Position numbers and translations under genes: made by a program. A model generated the notes under the pieces. That model was not told the origin of the DNA. It did not search any database and was given only the letters and a program-made list of their open reading frames with translations. Positions 18,297-29,906 of a stretch of DNA of 44,579 bases are shown here, one piece after another. Source of the DNA: Planococcus sp. (in: firmicutes) (GTDB lineage Bacteria > Bacillota > Bacilli > Bacillales_A > Planococcaceae); assembly GCA_030147455.1 (NCBI GenBank), contig JASKZU010000155.1:1-44579 (forward strand), written 5' to 3'. Numbering within the stretch: the first letter of the stretch is position 1; the number at the start of each line of letters is the position of its first letter.

Positions 18297-18326
18297 AAAT
18301 AACCGATATAAAGGAAGTGTTCGACG

Positions 18327-19490
18327 ATGACGATTGAGATGTTTGAAAAACCGTTAGGCATGCGGGACGATTTTCCTTTGCTGGCTAAACAAAAAGCTGA
18401 ATTGAGAAAGCAAGGCACCCAATTGATGGAGCAGGCAGGCTATGAGTTGCTGCAGACGCCTACACTGGAATACTACGAGACAATCGGTAAAATATCGGCG
18501 ATTTCAGACGATGCCTTGTTCAAGCTGCTCGACAGCCAAGGCAAAACACTTGTGCTGCGTCCCGATATGACATCACCTATTGCACGTGTTGCAGCATCAA
18601 AATTGCTGAAAGAAAAAATGCCGATTCGCCTCGGTTATTACTCGAATGTTTTTCGCGCACAAAAGCGCGAAGGAGGACGGCCTGCGGAATTCGAGCAAAT
18701 CGGCGTTGAACTCATTGGCGACAGTTCACTATATGCGGATGTCGAAGTGATCAGCCTGGCATGGAGCATGCTGCAAGAGGTTGGCGTCCAGTCCAGCCGC
18801 ATCGTCATTGGCCACACCCGATTGCTGGAACTGATCTTGGAGGATTTCGGGTTGACTCAGCAGCAAACAGAAAGTGTCCGCGAATTGTTTGTTGCCAAAA
18901 ATGGCGTCGGCTTTGAACAGCTGACCGAACAGCTTCCGATTCAGGAAAGCAAGCGCGCTTCATTTCCAAAGCTGATGCAAGCGACTGAGGTTGCCGATTG
19001 GAAGCCGTGGATCAATCCTGAAAACGAAGAACAGCAAAAGCTTTACCAGGACATGCTGCGAATCGAAGAATTGCTCGTGCGAAACGGCATTGGCGATGCC
19101 ATCACTTTTGACTTGTCATTCAGCAGCCACATGACTTACTATACCGGCTTGGTGTTCGAGTTTTACGCTGCCGGCAGCGGCTTTCCGCTCGGAAGCGGGG
19201 GGCGCTATGATGGGCTGTTGGAACAATTCGGTTTGAAAGTCGGTGCGACCGGATTCGGGCTGCGCGTAGACCGCCTCATAGAAGCGGCAGCGGGTACAGC
19301 CGCACAAGTACCGAGTACACTGATTTTATTCGACGAACAAACAGAACAAAACGCTTTCGACCGGGCGAAAAAGCTGCGTGCAGAAGGCCAGCGCGTCACA
19401 CTGCAGTTTGCGCCCGCTGTTTTGGCGATCGAGCCGTTCAGCAAGTTGTTTACGAATGTCATCAGAGAGGAGGAACTAACAAATGGATGA
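18327..19490 (+). CDS. hisZ: ATP phosphoribosyltransferase regulatory subunit
   Basis: [43 protein letters not shown]. Confidence 0.96.
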   Translation: MTIEMFEKPLGMRDDFPLLAKQKAELRKQGTQLMEQAGYELLQTPTLEYYETIGKISAISDDALFKLLDSQGKTLVLRPDMTSPIARVAASKLLKEKMPIRLGYYSNVFRAQKREGGRPAEFEQIGVELIGDSSLYADVEVISLAWSMLQEVGVQSSRIVIGHTRLLELILEDFGLTQQQTESVRELFVAKNGVGFEQLTEQLPIQESKRASFPKLMQATEVADWKPWINPENEEQQKLYQDMLRIEELLVRNGIGDAITFDLSFSSHMTYYTGLVFEFYAAGSGFPLGSGGRYDGLLEQFGLKVGATGFGLRVDRLIEAAAGTAAQVPSTLILFDEQTEQNAFDRAKKLRAEGQRVTLQFAPAVLAIEPFSKLFTNVIREEELTNG

Positions 19491-20106
19491 ATTGACGATC
19501 GCGATGCCCAAAGGAAGAATCTTTGAAGAGGCTTATGAACTGCTGACACAAGCAGGCTATGACTTGCCGAAAGAACTGGACGATTCACGAAAGCTCATCG
19601 TCGAAGCGCCAAACGAAAAAATCCGTTTTATCCTCGCCAAACCGATGGATGTTCCAACTTACGTAGAACACGGTGTCGCGGACATTGGCATTGCCGGGAA
19701 AGATGTCTTGCTCGAGCACGACCGTGACGTTCACGAATTGTTGGATCTTGGCATCAGCGCCTGCTATATTGCAACGGCCGGTTTGCCTGATACTGAAATG
19801 AATCCAGTGACGCCGCGGATCGCTACTAAGTACCCGGCGGTCGCTTCGCACTATTACCGCAGCAAAGGCGAACAAGTGGAAATCATTGAATTGAATGGCT
19901 CGATTGAGCTGGCTCCGCTGATCGGCTTGTCGGACCGGATCGTTGACATTGTTTCGACTGGCCGGACGCTTCAGGAAAACGGGCTCGTCGAATATGAAAA
20001 AATTGCCGATATCACGTCAAGGCTTATCGCAAATCCGGTTAGTTACCGATTAAAGCAGAAACGCATTACGGAACTGGTCGACAAATTGCGGGGGCAGGTG
20101 ACATGA
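19483..20106 (+). CDS. hisG: ATP phosphoribosyltransferase (short form)
   Basis: [25 protein letters not shown]. Confidence 0.97.
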   Translation: MDELTIAMPKGRIFEEAYELLTQAGYDLPKELDDSRKLIVEAPNEKIRFILAKPMDVPTYVEHGVADIGIAGKDVLLEHDRDVHELLDLGISACYIATAGLPDTEMNPVTPRIATKYPAVASHYYRSKGEQVEIIELNGSIELAPLIGLSDRIVDIVSTGRTLQENGLVEYEKIADITSRLIANPVSYRLKQKRITELVDKLRGQVT

Positions 20107-21389
20107 TGGAAATCCAGATGTTAACAAAAGAGCTGTCGATTCGACGCCGATTGGCTGACGGCACGGCGCAGCAGCTGGAAGCAGTAAAAGACATTATCCA
20201 CGCGGTGCGTCAGGAAGGGGACGCTGCGCTCTACCGTTTCGCCAAAAAATGGGACGGAGCCGATCTAACAGAGTTGCGCGTATCCGAAGCGGAAATTCAA
20301 ACAGCTGCAGAACGGTTCGACCCGAAGCTGTTGGCTGATTTGACAGAAGCCGCACAGAATATCCGTGATTATCACGAAGGGCAGCGGCAGCAAAGCTATC
20401 GCCACGACCGTGTGGACGGCTCCTATGTTGCGCAGCGCGTTACGGCGATTGAATCGGCTGGTTTGTATGTCCCAGGGGGAACGGCAGCTTATCCGTCTTC
20501 TGTGCTTATGAATGTTATCCCGGCACAAGTGGCAGGAGTCGAGCGGATCGTTGTGGTGTCGCCGCCGGACGCTGAAGGCAAGCTGTCGGACGGGGTGCTG
20601 GTAGCAGCACATATTCTCGGAATTGATGAATTATACAAATCGGGAGGCGCACAGGCCGTCGCAGCGCTTGCTTACGGTACTGAAACCATTCAGCCGGTCG
20701 ATAAAATCACCGGCCCCGGAAACATTTTCGTTGCGCTCGCCAAACGCGAAGTCAACGGCGATGTGGCCATCGATATGATTGCCGGGCCGAGTGAAATCGC
20801 AATTATCGCTGACGATACGGCTCACGCTGATGAAGTGGCAGCTGACCTTTTGTCGCAGGCAGAGCACGATCCATTGGCAAGCGCAGTGCTGCTGACCGAT
20901 AGCGAAGCGCTTGCACAAAAAGTCCAGGCGCAAGTTGCCGCCCAACTGGAAACGTTGCCGAGAGCGCCAATTGCGCAGGCATCTATCCGTGATCACGGCG
21001 CCATCTACTTGGCGGACACGCAAGAAGCATTGATCCGTGCAGCCAACCAATTAGCTCCGGAACATTTGGAAATTATGACGCATGATGCCGAAGCTGTAGC
21101 CGAGAAAATCCGCCATGCCGGCGCCATTTTCATCGGCCGCTATTCATCCGAGCCGGTCGGCGATTATTTTGCCGGTACCAACCATGTGCTTCCGACCAAC
21201 AGCACAGCCCGTTTTTCAAGTGCGTTATCGGTATACGATTTTGTCAAACGGACGAGCATCGTTCATTATAGTGAACAGGGATGGCGCAACAACTATGAAA
21301 AAATTGCACGGCTGGCACGTCTTGAAGGTCTGGAGGCGCATGCCCGCGCCGTCGAATCACGCGCTTGGAAAAAGGAGAATCAAGAATGA
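20103..21389 (+). CDS. hisD: Histidinol dehydrogenase
   Basis: [38 protein letters not shown]. Confidence 0.98.
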   Translation: MMEIQMLTKELSIRRRLADGTAQQLEAVKDIIHAVRQEGDAALYRFAKKWDGADLTELRVSEAEIQTAAERFDPKLLADLTEAAQNIRDYHEGQRQQSYRHDRVDGSYVAQRVTAIESAGLYVPGGTAAYPSSVLMNVIPAQVAGVERIVVVSPPDAEGKLSDGVLVAAHILGIDELYKSGGAQAVAALAYGTETIQPVDKITGPGNIFVALAKREVNGDVAIDMIAGPSEIAIIADDTAHADEVAADLLSQAEHDPLASAVLLTDSEALAQKVQAQVAAQLETLPRAPIAQASIRDHGAIYLADTQEALIRAANQLAPEHLEIMTHDAEAVAEKIRHAGAIFIGRYSSEPVGDYFAGTNHVLPTNSTARFSSALSVYDFVKRTSIVHYSEQGWRNNYEKIARLARLEGLEAHARAVESRAWKKENQE

Positions 21390-21973
21390 GAAAATCAGAA
21401 ATCACCAGAAAAACCAATGAAACCGAAATTGCCGTCAATTTCTCGCTGGATGGAAAAGGCCAGGCGGATATTGACACAGGCGTTCCGTTTATGGACCATA
21501 TGCTCGACTTGTTTATCAAGCACGGGCAATTTGATGGCCGTATCCATGCAAACGGCGATACACACATCGACGACCATCATACGACCGAAGACATCGGCAT
21601 TGTTCTTGGCCAGGCTGTACTGGAGGCTTTAGGCGATAAAAAAGGCTTGCGCCGTTATGGCAATGCATTTGTTCCAATGGACGATGCGCTTGCCCAAGTG
21701 GTCATCGACTGTTCGAACCGCCCGCACCTAGAATTCCGCTGCGAACTGCCGACTGCTAAAGTCGGTTCTTTCGATACCGAACTGGTGCATGAGTTTTTAT
21801 GGAAGTTTGCGCTTGAATCACGCATGAACGTCCACGTTATCGTGCATTACGGCAAAAACACGCACCATATCATCGAAGCGATTTTCAAAGCGCTGGCACG
21901 GGCTCTCGACGAGGCCACATTGATCGATCCGCGCGTTGAGGGCGTTCCTTCGACAAAGGGGCTTTTAACATGA
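21386..21973 (+). CDS. hisB: Imidazoleglycerol-phosphate dehydratase
   Basis: DDHHTTED, NTHHIIEA, PSTKG. Start at ATG 21386 (AAAGGAG RBS; overlaps the hisD stop). Confidence 0.97.
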   Translation: MRKSEITRKTNETEIAVNFSLDGKGQADIDTGVPFMDHMLDLFIKHGQFDGRIHANGDTHIDDHHTTEDIGIVLGQAVLEALGDKKGLRRYGNAFVPMDDALAQVVIDCSNRPHLEFRCELPTAKVGSFDTELVHEFLWKFALESRMNVHVIVHYGKNTHHIIEAIFKALARALDEATLIDPRVEGVPSTKGLLT

Positions 21974-22623
21974 TCATTGGCATCATCGATTACGGCATGG
22001 GCAATTTGTTCAGCGTCGAACAAGCATTAAAGAAATTGGACTGCACCGTAATCTTGTCAGACGACAAAGCAGTTCTGAGTGAAGCGGACGCCATTTTGCT
22101 TCCAGGCGTCGGGGCTTTTCCGGATGCAATGAAGCGGCTGGAGGAAAAAGGACTTGATTCGTTTATCACGTCACTTCCAGGCCGCAATATTCCATTACTC
22201 GGCATTTGCCTCGGCATGCAGCTGTTGTACGAAAAAAGTGAAGAAGTCCGCGCGACCAAAGGACTCGGTTTATTAAAAGGCCAGATTCGCCGATTTCCAA
22301 AAGGAGCGCACCGCATTCCGCATATGGGCTGGAACCGGCTCCGGTTTGCCCAGATCCCGTATTGGCTTGACGATGTGCTGAATGATACGCATGTGTATTT
22401 TGTTCATTCGTTCTACGCTGATGAGCTGGCGGACGATCAGCTATGGGCTACTGCCGAATACGGCGGACTGGAAGTGCCGGGCGTCGTTGGGGACGGATTG
22501 GTAACGGGTATGCAGTTTCACCCCGAGAAATCAGGGGAATTCGGCCATTACTTGTTGGAGCAATGGATCGCAAACGTCAGGAGGAATTTAGATGAGTCAA
22601 TTTCAACTTTATCCAGCCATTGA
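21970..22623 (+). CDS. hisH: Imidazole glycerol phosphate synthase, glutaminase subunit
   Basis: IDYGMGNL, PGVG, GICLGMQ, PHMGWN, QFHPEKS. Confidence 0.97.
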   Translation: MIIGIIDYGMGNLFSVEQALKKLDCTVILSDDKAVLSEADAILLPGVGAFPDAMKRLEEKGLDSFITSLPGRNIPLLGICLGMQLLYEKSEEVRATKGLGLLKGQIRRFPKGAHRIPHMGWNRLRFAQIPYWLDDVLNDTHVYFVHSFYADELADDQLWATAEYGGLEVPGVVGDGLVTGMQFHPEKSGEFGHYLLEQWIANVRRNLDESISTLSSH

Positions 22624-23317
22624 TTTAAGGGGCGGAAAATGCGTCCGCTTGTTCCAAGGTGATTACGGGCAAGAAACAGTATACGGCGATTCGCCGGTCG
22701 ATATGGCAAAAAGTTTTGTAGAAGCAGGAGCAGAGTGGATTCATATGGTTGATTTGGACGGGGCGAAAGATGGCAGCCGCATCAACGACCAAGTAGTAAT
22801 CGAAGCAGCAAAGCTTCCGGTAAAAGTGCAAGTGGGCGGCGGCATCCGCAGCCGCGAAGACATTGAGCATTATTTGTCGAACGGAGTGGCGCGCGTCATT
22901 ATCGGCAGCTTGGCAATTCGCGAGCCCGACCTGGTCGCTTCATTTATTGAAGAGTTTGGTGCCGATCGGATTGTTATCGGCATCGATGCCAAAGACGGGA
23001 TGGCCGCAACTGAAGGCTGGATCGAAACGTCGCATAAGCCGGCGCCCGAAGTAGCTGCTTACTTTGTTTCCAAAGGAGCCAAGCATTTTATTTACACGGA
23101 TATTTCTACAGACGGCACACTTGCCGGCGCCAATATCGACGCCAACCGCAAGTTGACCGCTTCCCCGGCGCAAGTGATCGTGTCCGGCGGCATCGGCACT
23201 CTTGATGATGTGAAACGTGTAAAACAGGCAGCACAGGACAGCCCGATTTCAGGCCTCATCATAGGAAAAGCACTATACGAAAAACGCTTTACGCTTGAGG
23301 AGGCGCTGTCATGCTGA
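22592..23317 (+). CDS. hisA: ProFAR isomerase
   Basis: [35 protein letters not shown]. Confidence 0.97.
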   Translation: MSQFQLYPAIDLRGGKCVRLFQGDYGQETVYGDSPVDMAKSFVEAGAEWIHMVDLDGAKDGSRINDQVVIEAAKLPVKVQVGGGIRSREDIEHYLSNGVARVIIGSLAIREPDLVASFIEEFGADRIVIGIDAKDGMAATEGWIETSHKPAPEVAAYFVSKGAKHFIYTDISTDGTLAGANIDANRKLTASPAQVIVSGGIGTLDDVKRVKQAAQDSPISGLIIGKALYEKRFTLEEALSC

Positions 23318-24063
23318 CCAAGCGCATCATTCCGTGCCTGGACGTCAAAGAAGGGCGCGTCGTCAAAGGCGTCAGCTTTGTCGCTCTTCGCGACGCTGGC
23401 GACCCGGTAGAATTGGCTAAGTTTTACGATGAACAAGGCGCTGACGAATTGGTGTTCCTGGACATTTCAGCTTCCCATGAAGGCAAACAAACGATGATCG
23501 AAGTAGTGCGCATCGTGGCGACGGAGTTGTCGATCCCGTTCACGGTAGGCGGCGGCATCCGTACACTCGAGGACATGAAACGCATGCTGCGCGCGGGAGC
23601 GGATAAAGTGTCGCTCAATACGGCAGCGCTGGACCGGCCCCAACTGATCAAAGAAGGAGCAGACTTTTTCGGTTCGCAGTGCATAGTGATCGCAATCGAT
23701 GCCAAGAAAAACGGCGACAGCTGGGACGTTTATACGCACGGCGGACGCAACCAAACTGAATGGAATGCGGTCGAATGGGCCAAATACGCCGTGTCGCTCG
23801 GAGCGGGCGAGATTTTGTTGACGAGCATGGACTGCGACGGGCAAAAAGACGGTTTTGACCTGGAACTGACAGAAGCGGTGCGCAGCGCCGTTGAAGTTCC
23901 AGTCATCGCAAGCGGGGGCGCTGGAAACCGCGAGCACTTTAAACAAGTGTTTGAGCAAGTAGATGCCGATGCAGCACTTGCCGCCTCGATTTTCCATTAC
24001 AAAGAAACGAGCGTAAAAGAAGTGAAACAGTATTTGCGCGAAGAAGGAGTGAATGTCCGGTGA
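23311..24063 (+). CDS. hisF: Imidazole glycerol phosphate synthase, cyclase subunit
   Basis: [30 protein letters not shown]. Confidence 0.98.
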   Translation: MLTKRIIPCLDVKEGRVVKGVSFVALRDAGDPVELAKFYDEQGADELVFLDISASHEGKQTMIEVVRIVATELSIPFTVGGGIRTLEDMKRMLRAGADKVSLNTAALDRPQLIKEGADFFGSQCIVIAIDAKKNGDSWDVYTHGGRNQTEWNAVEWAKYAVSLGAGEILLTSMDCDGQKDGFDLELTEAVRSAVEVPVIASGGAGNREHFKQVFEQVDADAALAASIFHYKETSVKEVKQYLREEGVNVR

Positions 24064-24683
24064 CGAATGTAAAATTTGACGACAATGGACTGGTGCCTGT
24101 AATTTTGCAGGATGCAGCGACCAAACAAGTATTAACGCTGGCATATGCCAACGAAGAAGCGCTTCAGCGGACGATCGAAACAAAAGAAACATGGCTGTTT
24201 TCCAGAAGCCGCAACGAACTATGGAACAAAGGCGCGACAAGCGGCAATACGCAGCGTGTGCAATCGGTTCAGGTGGATTGCGATGGCGATTCGCTGATTT
24301 ACGAAGTGATTCCAAACGGCCCTGCTTGCCACACCGGCGAAACGAGCTGTTTTAATGAAACGATTGCCGGCGAACGATCGGCGACTGCATCTGACATGAT
24401 CGGGCAGTTGAGCGCATTGATCAAACAGCGCGAAACGGATATGCCGGAAGGAGCCTACACGACCTATTTGTTCGAACAAGGCGTAGATAAAATCTGTAAA
24501 AAAGTCGGGGAAGAAGCAGCGGAAGTCATCATCGCGGCTAAAAATCGCGATGCGCGCGAATTGGCGACAGAAAGTGCAGACCTGCTGTATCACTTGCTGG
24601 TGCTGCTGCAGGAACAAAAAGTGGATTTCCGTGAAGTCACAGCTGTACTCGAAGAGCGCCACGACGTGAAAAAGGACAAGTAA
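24060..24683 (+). CDS. hisIE: Bifunctional phosphoribosyl-AMP cyclohydrolase / phosphoribosyl-ATP pyrophosphatase
   Basis: [38 protein letters not shown]. Confidence 0.97.
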   Translation: MTNVKFDDNGLVPVILQDAATKQVLTLAYANEEALQRTIETKETWLFSRSRNELWNKGATSGNTQRVQSVQVDCDGDSLIYEVIPNGPACHTGETSCFNETIAGERSATASDMIGQLSALIKQRETDMPEGAYTTYLFEQGVDKICKKVGEEAAEVIIAAKNRDARELATESADLLYHLLVLLQEQKVDFREVTAVLEERHDVKKDK

Positions 24684-24697
24684 ATAACAGGAAAATA

Positions 24698-24706
24698 TGC
24701 TATAAT
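24698..24706 (+). promoter_or_regulatory. Extended -10 promoter upstream of the TPR gene
   Basis: TG-C-TATAAT. Confidence 0.6.
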
Positions 24707-24724
24707 AACAGCACATTTACGGAT

Positions 24725-24748
24725 GGGACGATTTCGATCGTTCCTTTT
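24725..24748 (+). terminator. Terminator-like hairpin after hisIE / in the TPR gene leader
   Basis: GGGACGAT-TTCG-ATCGTTCC-TTTT. Confidence 0.55.
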
Positions 24749-24767
24749 CCTGTTACGGAGGCATATC

Positions 24768-26294
24768 TTGGAGAATAACAAAAGGAAAAATCGCGACAAT
24801 GTCGTGTCGTTCATTCCGACAGGGGAATTTTATTACCAAAAAGCGCTCAAGGAAATGCAGCGCGAGCAATATAATAAAGCTTATAAGTATTTGCAGCGCG
24901 CGAAAGAACTGAGCCCGAAAGACCCATTGATCCTCATGCACTACGGCGTTGTATTGATGGAACGTGAAGAGTTCGAAGAAGCAATGGACGAACTGCGAAC
25001 CGCCCACCAATTGTCGCCTAAAGAACCAAATATTATGTTCTTTTTGGCAGAAGTGCATGCGCATTTAGGCTTGTTTTTTGATGCGCGGAAATACGCAAAA
25101 GATTATCTGGAACTCGATACCCAGGGCAGCTATGCAGCGGAAGCGATGGAAATTATCGATTTTGCTGAACAGGAAGACTGGCAGTTGTTCGATGACGAAG
25201 GCGAAGCGCAGGATAGCGAGCATTATTTTCTGCAGGAAAAAGCGCGCCGCATGATGGAGCAGGGGAAATTCCCGGAAGCGATCGAGCTGCTTGAAGAAGT
25301 GATTGCTGAAAAAGCGGATTTCTGGGGAGCCTACAACAATTTGGCGCTGGCGTATTTTTACATCGGCGAAACCGAAATGGCAAAAGCGCTGCTTCACGAT
25401 GTGTTGAGAAAAAACACAGGGAATTTACATGCTTTATGCAATTTGGCGGTCTTCCACTATTACGAGAAAAACGATGAACTGGACAATATTCTGGAATTGC
25501 TGAAAAAAATCCAGCCTTACGTGTTTGAACACCGCTATAAGCTGGGCGCAACGTTCGCCCTTGTCGGCAAATACAAAGAAGCTTACCGCTGGCTGAAAAG
25601 CTTGCAAAAGCGAGGCTTTGACGGCGATCCGGCATTTTATTTCTGGCTGTCTCATGCAGCCTATCATTCCGGCCACGAAGAAACGGCCAAACAAGCTTGG
25701 GAACACCTGAGAAAAATAGATCCTGCAAAAGAGGGATATGAGCCGTGGGGAGAACAAGCGGTCATGCCGCATGCCGACGCGCTTGAACACGACCGGGACT
25801 TTTTAATTCAAAAACTGGACCATCCGCATTTGAGTGAAAGGCTCTACGGGCTGTTTCTGCTTGGGAAATCGTCCCATAAGCAGGAAATCATCTCGCACCC
25901 CAATTGGCTTAAGACCAAACAGCCGACTGTGCTTGAAACCTATGTTTTGGGCTATGCGTTAGGCCATCCGTTCCGCAGTTCGGTCAAGGAAGAGCAGGTG
26001 TTTCTGCGGGCAATGGAAACGGCAGAGCGCCTTTACGGGCAAAAAAACATGGTTGACCGGCAAAATGATACAGCTTTTCAACTCTGGTTCCTGTTTGTAG
26101 AACAGGCTTTTGAAGAAGGCTATGCTTTCCGCAATCCGGCCGCTCTTGCTGCAGCGACGCGCTATATGGTCGAGGCAGCCGAGAAACGCGGCCCGACCAA
26201 AAAAGGCGTAGCCGAAGAGTTCGGTGTTTCTGCAGCGACTGTAGGAAAATACATCGAAGAGTTAAGCGGGTTTTTGCCGAATCCTGATGCCTAG
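24768..26294 (+). CDS. TPR protein (YvcD-like) with C-terminal HTH-like motif
   Basis: TPR-like helices (AYNNLALAYFYIG, HALCNLA); position between hisIE and trxB. Start at TTG 24768 with GGAGG at 24757-24761. Confidence 0.85.
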   Translation: MENNKRKNRDNVVSFIPTGEFYYQKALKEMQREQYNKAYKYLQRAKELSPKDPLILMHYGVVLMEREEFEEAMDELRTAHQLSPKEPNIMFFLAEVHAHLGLFFDARKYAKDYLELDTQGSYAAEAMEIIDFAEQEDWQLFDDEGEAQDSEHYFLQEKARRMMEQGKFPEAIELLEEVIAEKADFWGAYNNLALAYFYIGETEMAKALLHDVLRKNTGNLHALCNLAVFHYYEKNDELDNILELLKKIQPYVFEHRYKLGATFALVGKYKEAYRWLKSLQKRGFDGDPAFYFWLSHAAYHSGHEETAKQAWEHLRKIDPAKEGYEPWGEQAVMPHADALEHDRDFLIQKLDHPHLSERLYGLFLLGKSSHKQEIISHPNWLKTKQPTVLETYVLGYALGHPFRSSVKEEQVFLRAMETAERLYGQKNMVDRQNDTAFQLWFLFVEQAFEEGYAFRNPAALAAATRYMVEAAEKRGPTKKGVAEEFGVSAATVGKYIEELSGFLPNPDA

Positions 26295-26303
26295 GCATAA
26301 AAG

Positions 26304-26332
26304 TTGAAGACAACAGTCGATTGATTTACGAT
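26304..26332 (+). promoter_or_regulatory. SigA promoter of trxB
   Basis: TTGAAG(26304-26309)-N17-TACGAT(26327-26332). Confidence 0.6.
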
Positions 26333-26343
26333 TTAGCTAGTGA

Positions 26344-27371
<1,028 letters not shown>

Positions 27372-27377
27372 AGGAAT

Positions 27378-27453
27378 TGTAAATTGACCCCCTTTTTATA
27401 CAGTTTTTTAGACAGGTGGCTTTTCGGATTTCCGGAAAGCCGCCTCTTTTTTT
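27378..27453 (+). ncRNA. Candidate C-rich small RNA (trxB-yvcI intergenic)
   Basis: Own putative promoter, a GACCCCCTTTTT segment and a strong terminator; no ORF. The 5' end is estimated. Confidence 0.5.
27414..27453 (+). terminator. Intrinsic terminator downstream of trxB / candidate sRNA
   Basis: AGGTGGCTTTTCGGA-TT-TCCGGAAAGCCGCCT-CTTTTTTT. Confidence 0.88.
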
Positions 27454-27461
27454 GCATTCTT

Positions 27462-27491
27462 TTGCATGACACACCAGGATACATGTATAAT
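27462..27491 (+). promoter_or_regulatory. SigA promoter of the yvcI operon
   Basis: TTGCAT(27462-27467)-N18-TATAAT(27486-27491). Confidence 0.65.
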
Positions 27492-27525
27492 GAAAATAGT
27501 TTATATTAGATGCGGAGTGGCAAAT

Positions 27526-28011
27526 GTGCAGCGAATCGCGAATTTATTGCTTATTAAAAACAATCAAGTATTGCTCATGAAAAAACCGCGCAGGAACTGG
27601 TATGTAGCTCCTGGCGGAAAAATGGAAAGCGGCGAATCGATTTATGAAGCCGCGGTCCGTGAATTTGAAGAAGAAACAAACACACAGCCTTTGGGCATTC
27701 ACCTAAAGGGCGTTTATACAATGATGATTCAGGAAGAGGCCGAAACCGTGGATGAATGGATGCTGTTTACTTTCCGTGCAACAGATCTACACGGCATCCC
27801 GTTCGAAGAAACTCGTGAAGGAATATTGGAATGGCATCCGGTGGAAAGCCTGAGAACACTCCCGATGGCAGAAGGCGACCGGACCAACCTGTTGTTTGCA
27901 GCTTATCAAGAAGGCGTGCAATACGGAACTTTTTATTACACGCCGGATTTCGAATTGCTCGAAGAAACGATTCAATCATCGACTGAAGAGGTGAACCGCC
28001 AGCATGGATAA
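27526..28011 (+). CDS. yvcI: Nudix hydrolase, YvcI-like
   Basis: [22 protein letters not shown]udix box. GTG start at 27526 (MQRIANLL) with GGAG RBS; the upstream ATG 27466 lies in the promoter. Confidence 0.88.
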   Translation: MQRIANLLLIKNNQVLLMKKPRRNWYVAPGGKMESGESIYEAAVREFEEETNTQPLGIHLKGVYTMMIQEEAETVDEWMLFTFRATDLHGIPFEETREGILEWHPVESLRTLPMAEGDRTNLLFAAYQEGVQYGTFYYTPDFELLEETIQSSTEEVNRQHG

Positions 28012-28885
28012 ATCCATCGAAGAAACCGAATTAATCATCATCACTGGAATGTCCGGTGCAGGAAAGACAGTAGCGATTCAAAGTTTTGAAGACCTCGGTT
28101 TTTTCACGATCGATAATTTGCCGCCGGCCCTGCTCCCGACGTTCATTAAATTGATGCGGGATTCCGGTAAATCGATGAAACGTGTAGCGGCGGTAATGGA
28201 CCTTCGGGGCGGCGACTTTTTCGACAGTCTTGTCGATGCTATCGATAACCTGTCCCGTGAACCTGATGTCTCGATTACGATTTTGTTCTTGGATGCAGAC
28301 AATCAGACACTCGTCAGCCGCTATAAAGAATCGCGCCGTTCGCATCCACTGTCGCCGGGCGGTTTGGTCCTTGGCGGCATCAAGAAAGAGCGGGACATGC
28401 TAAAAGACCTTCAAGGGCGCGCCAATTATATGTACAAAACATCTGAGATGAGCCCGCGGCAGCTGAAGGAAAAGATCACTTCCGACTTTTCGTCGAAGAC
28501 AAGCAATGTCTTTACCGTGAATATTGTGTCGTTCGGCTTTAAGCACAGCATGCCGATCGATGCAGATTTGGTATTTGACGTCCGCTTCCTGCCAAACCCT
28601 TATTATATCGAAGAACTGAAACCGCTCTCGGGACTTGACCGGCCGGTCTCTGATTACGTGCTTAAATGGCAGGAAACCGGCATGCTCATAGAGAAGCTCG
28701 AAGACTTGTTCGATTTTATGATTCCCCAGTACAAACAAGAAGGCAAGGCGCAGCTCGTCATCGCTTTCGGATGCACAGGCGGTCAGCATCGCTCGGTCAC
28801 ACTGGCTGAATATTTCGGGAAATACTTGGCCAAAAATAATAAAATCAACATTTCGCACAGAGACGTAAAAACCAGAAAGGGTTGA
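28004..28885 (+). CDS. rapZ: RapZ/YvcJ family P-loop protein
   Basis: [35 protein letters not shown]. Confidence 0.95.
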   Translation: MDKSIEETELIIITGMSGAGKTVAIQSFEDLGFFTIDNLPPALLPTFIKLMRDSGKSMKRVAAVMDLRGGDFFDSLVDAIDNLSREPDVSITILFLDADNQTLVSRYKESRRSHPLSPGGLVLGGIKKERDMLKDLQGRANYMYKTSEMSPRQLKEKITSDFSSKTSNVFTVNIVSFGFKHSMPIDADLVFDVRFLPNPYYIEELKPLSGLDRPVSDYVLKWQETGMLIEKLEDLFDFMIPQYKQEGKAQLVIAFGCTGGQHRSVTLAEYFGKYLAKNNKINISHRDVKTRKG

Positions 28886-28889
28886 GCAT

Positions 28890-29885
28890 ATGGAAAAAAA
28901 ACTGCAGCAAAAGCGTATCGTGATTATTGGAGGCGGTACCGGTCTGTCGACTTTGCTGCGGGGATTAAAGACTTTTCCGCTCGACTTAACGGCGATCGTT
29001 ACAGTGGCGGATGACGGAGGCAGTTCAGGGCGGCTGCGGGACGATTTGGATATCCCGCCGCCGGGTGATATCCGCAATGTCATGGCCGCTTTATCCGATG
29101 CCGAACCGCTTGTGGCAGAGATGTTTCAATACCGCTTTACCCACTCGGATGATTTGGAAGGACATTCACTCGGCAATTTGATGCTCGCCGCTTTGACGGA
29201 TTTGACTGGCGATTTTTCCCACGCAGTCCGTGAAATGAGCCGCGTGCTGAATGTCAATGGCACGGTCCTGCCCGCCGCCAATCAATTGGTGACATTGAAT
29301 GCGGAACTGGAAGACGGGACCATCATCAAAGGAGAATCCAAAATACCAGCTTATCTGCAGCCGATTAAACGCGTATTCCTGGATCCGGCAAACGTCAAGA
29401 CATTGCCGGACACAATCCAGGCAATCGAGTCGGCGGACGTAGTGGTTATTGGTCCCGGTTCGCTGTACACGAGCATCTTGCCGAATTTGCTTGTAAAAGA
29501 CATTAAAAAAGCGTTGTTAAAAGCAACTGCGAGAAAAATCTACATTTGCAACCTGATGACACAAGCTGGTGAAACATACCGCTATACCGCCTCGGATCAC
29601 GTACAAGCTTTGTACGACCATGTCGGCACCCGCTTTATGGACGCCATACTGATCGATAAAGTCCAAATGCCGCAAGGGGTGGCTGAAAAATATAAAAAAG
29701 AAAAAGCCTGGCCGGTCGAATACGACGAAGAGCGGCTGAAAGTGCTTGGGCTGGAAGTATATCGCCATGACATCACCAGCATCTTTAGTGGGGCTGTCCG
29801 GCACGATCCGATGAAAGTAGCGCAGTGGCTGTTTGAGTACACCAGCGAACAACCACTGGACGAGTCAGAGCGGCGATATTCATAA
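28890..29885 (+). CDS. yvcK: YvcK/GlmR gluconeogenesis factor
   Basis: GGGTGLS, ADDGGSSG, PPGDIRN, GHSLGNL, GPGSLYTS. Confidence 0.95.
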   Translation: MEKKLQQKRIVIIGGGTGLSTLLRGLKTFPLDLTAIVTVADDGGSSGRLRDDLDIPPPGDIRNVMAALSDAEPLVAEMFQYRFTHSDDLEGHSLGNLMLAALTDLTGDFSHAVREMSRVLNVNGTVLPAANQLVTLNAELEDGTIIKGESKIPAYLQPIKRVFLDPANVKTLPDTIQAIESADVVVIGPGSLYTSILPNLLVKDIKKALLKATARKIYICNLMTQAGETYRYTASDHVQALYDHVGTRFMDAILIDKVQMPQGVAEKYKKEKAWPVEYDEERLKVLGLEVYRHDITSIFSGAVRHDPMKVAQWLFEYTSEQPLDESERRYS

Positions 29886-29906
29886 GGCTTGAAAGGAGAG
29901 CCTATT

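Noticed and set aside
18255..18326. T-box or attenuator for the his operon
   Set aside because: Leader too short; no T-box motif, leader peptide or terminator.
23467..24315. 282-aa minus-strand ORF
   Set aside because: Antisense shadow of hisF/hisIE.
27378..27453. Identification of the candidate sRNA as RsaE/RoxS
   Set aside because: Only one C-rich tract, shorter, and not at the pepF-yjbH locus where RoxS lies.
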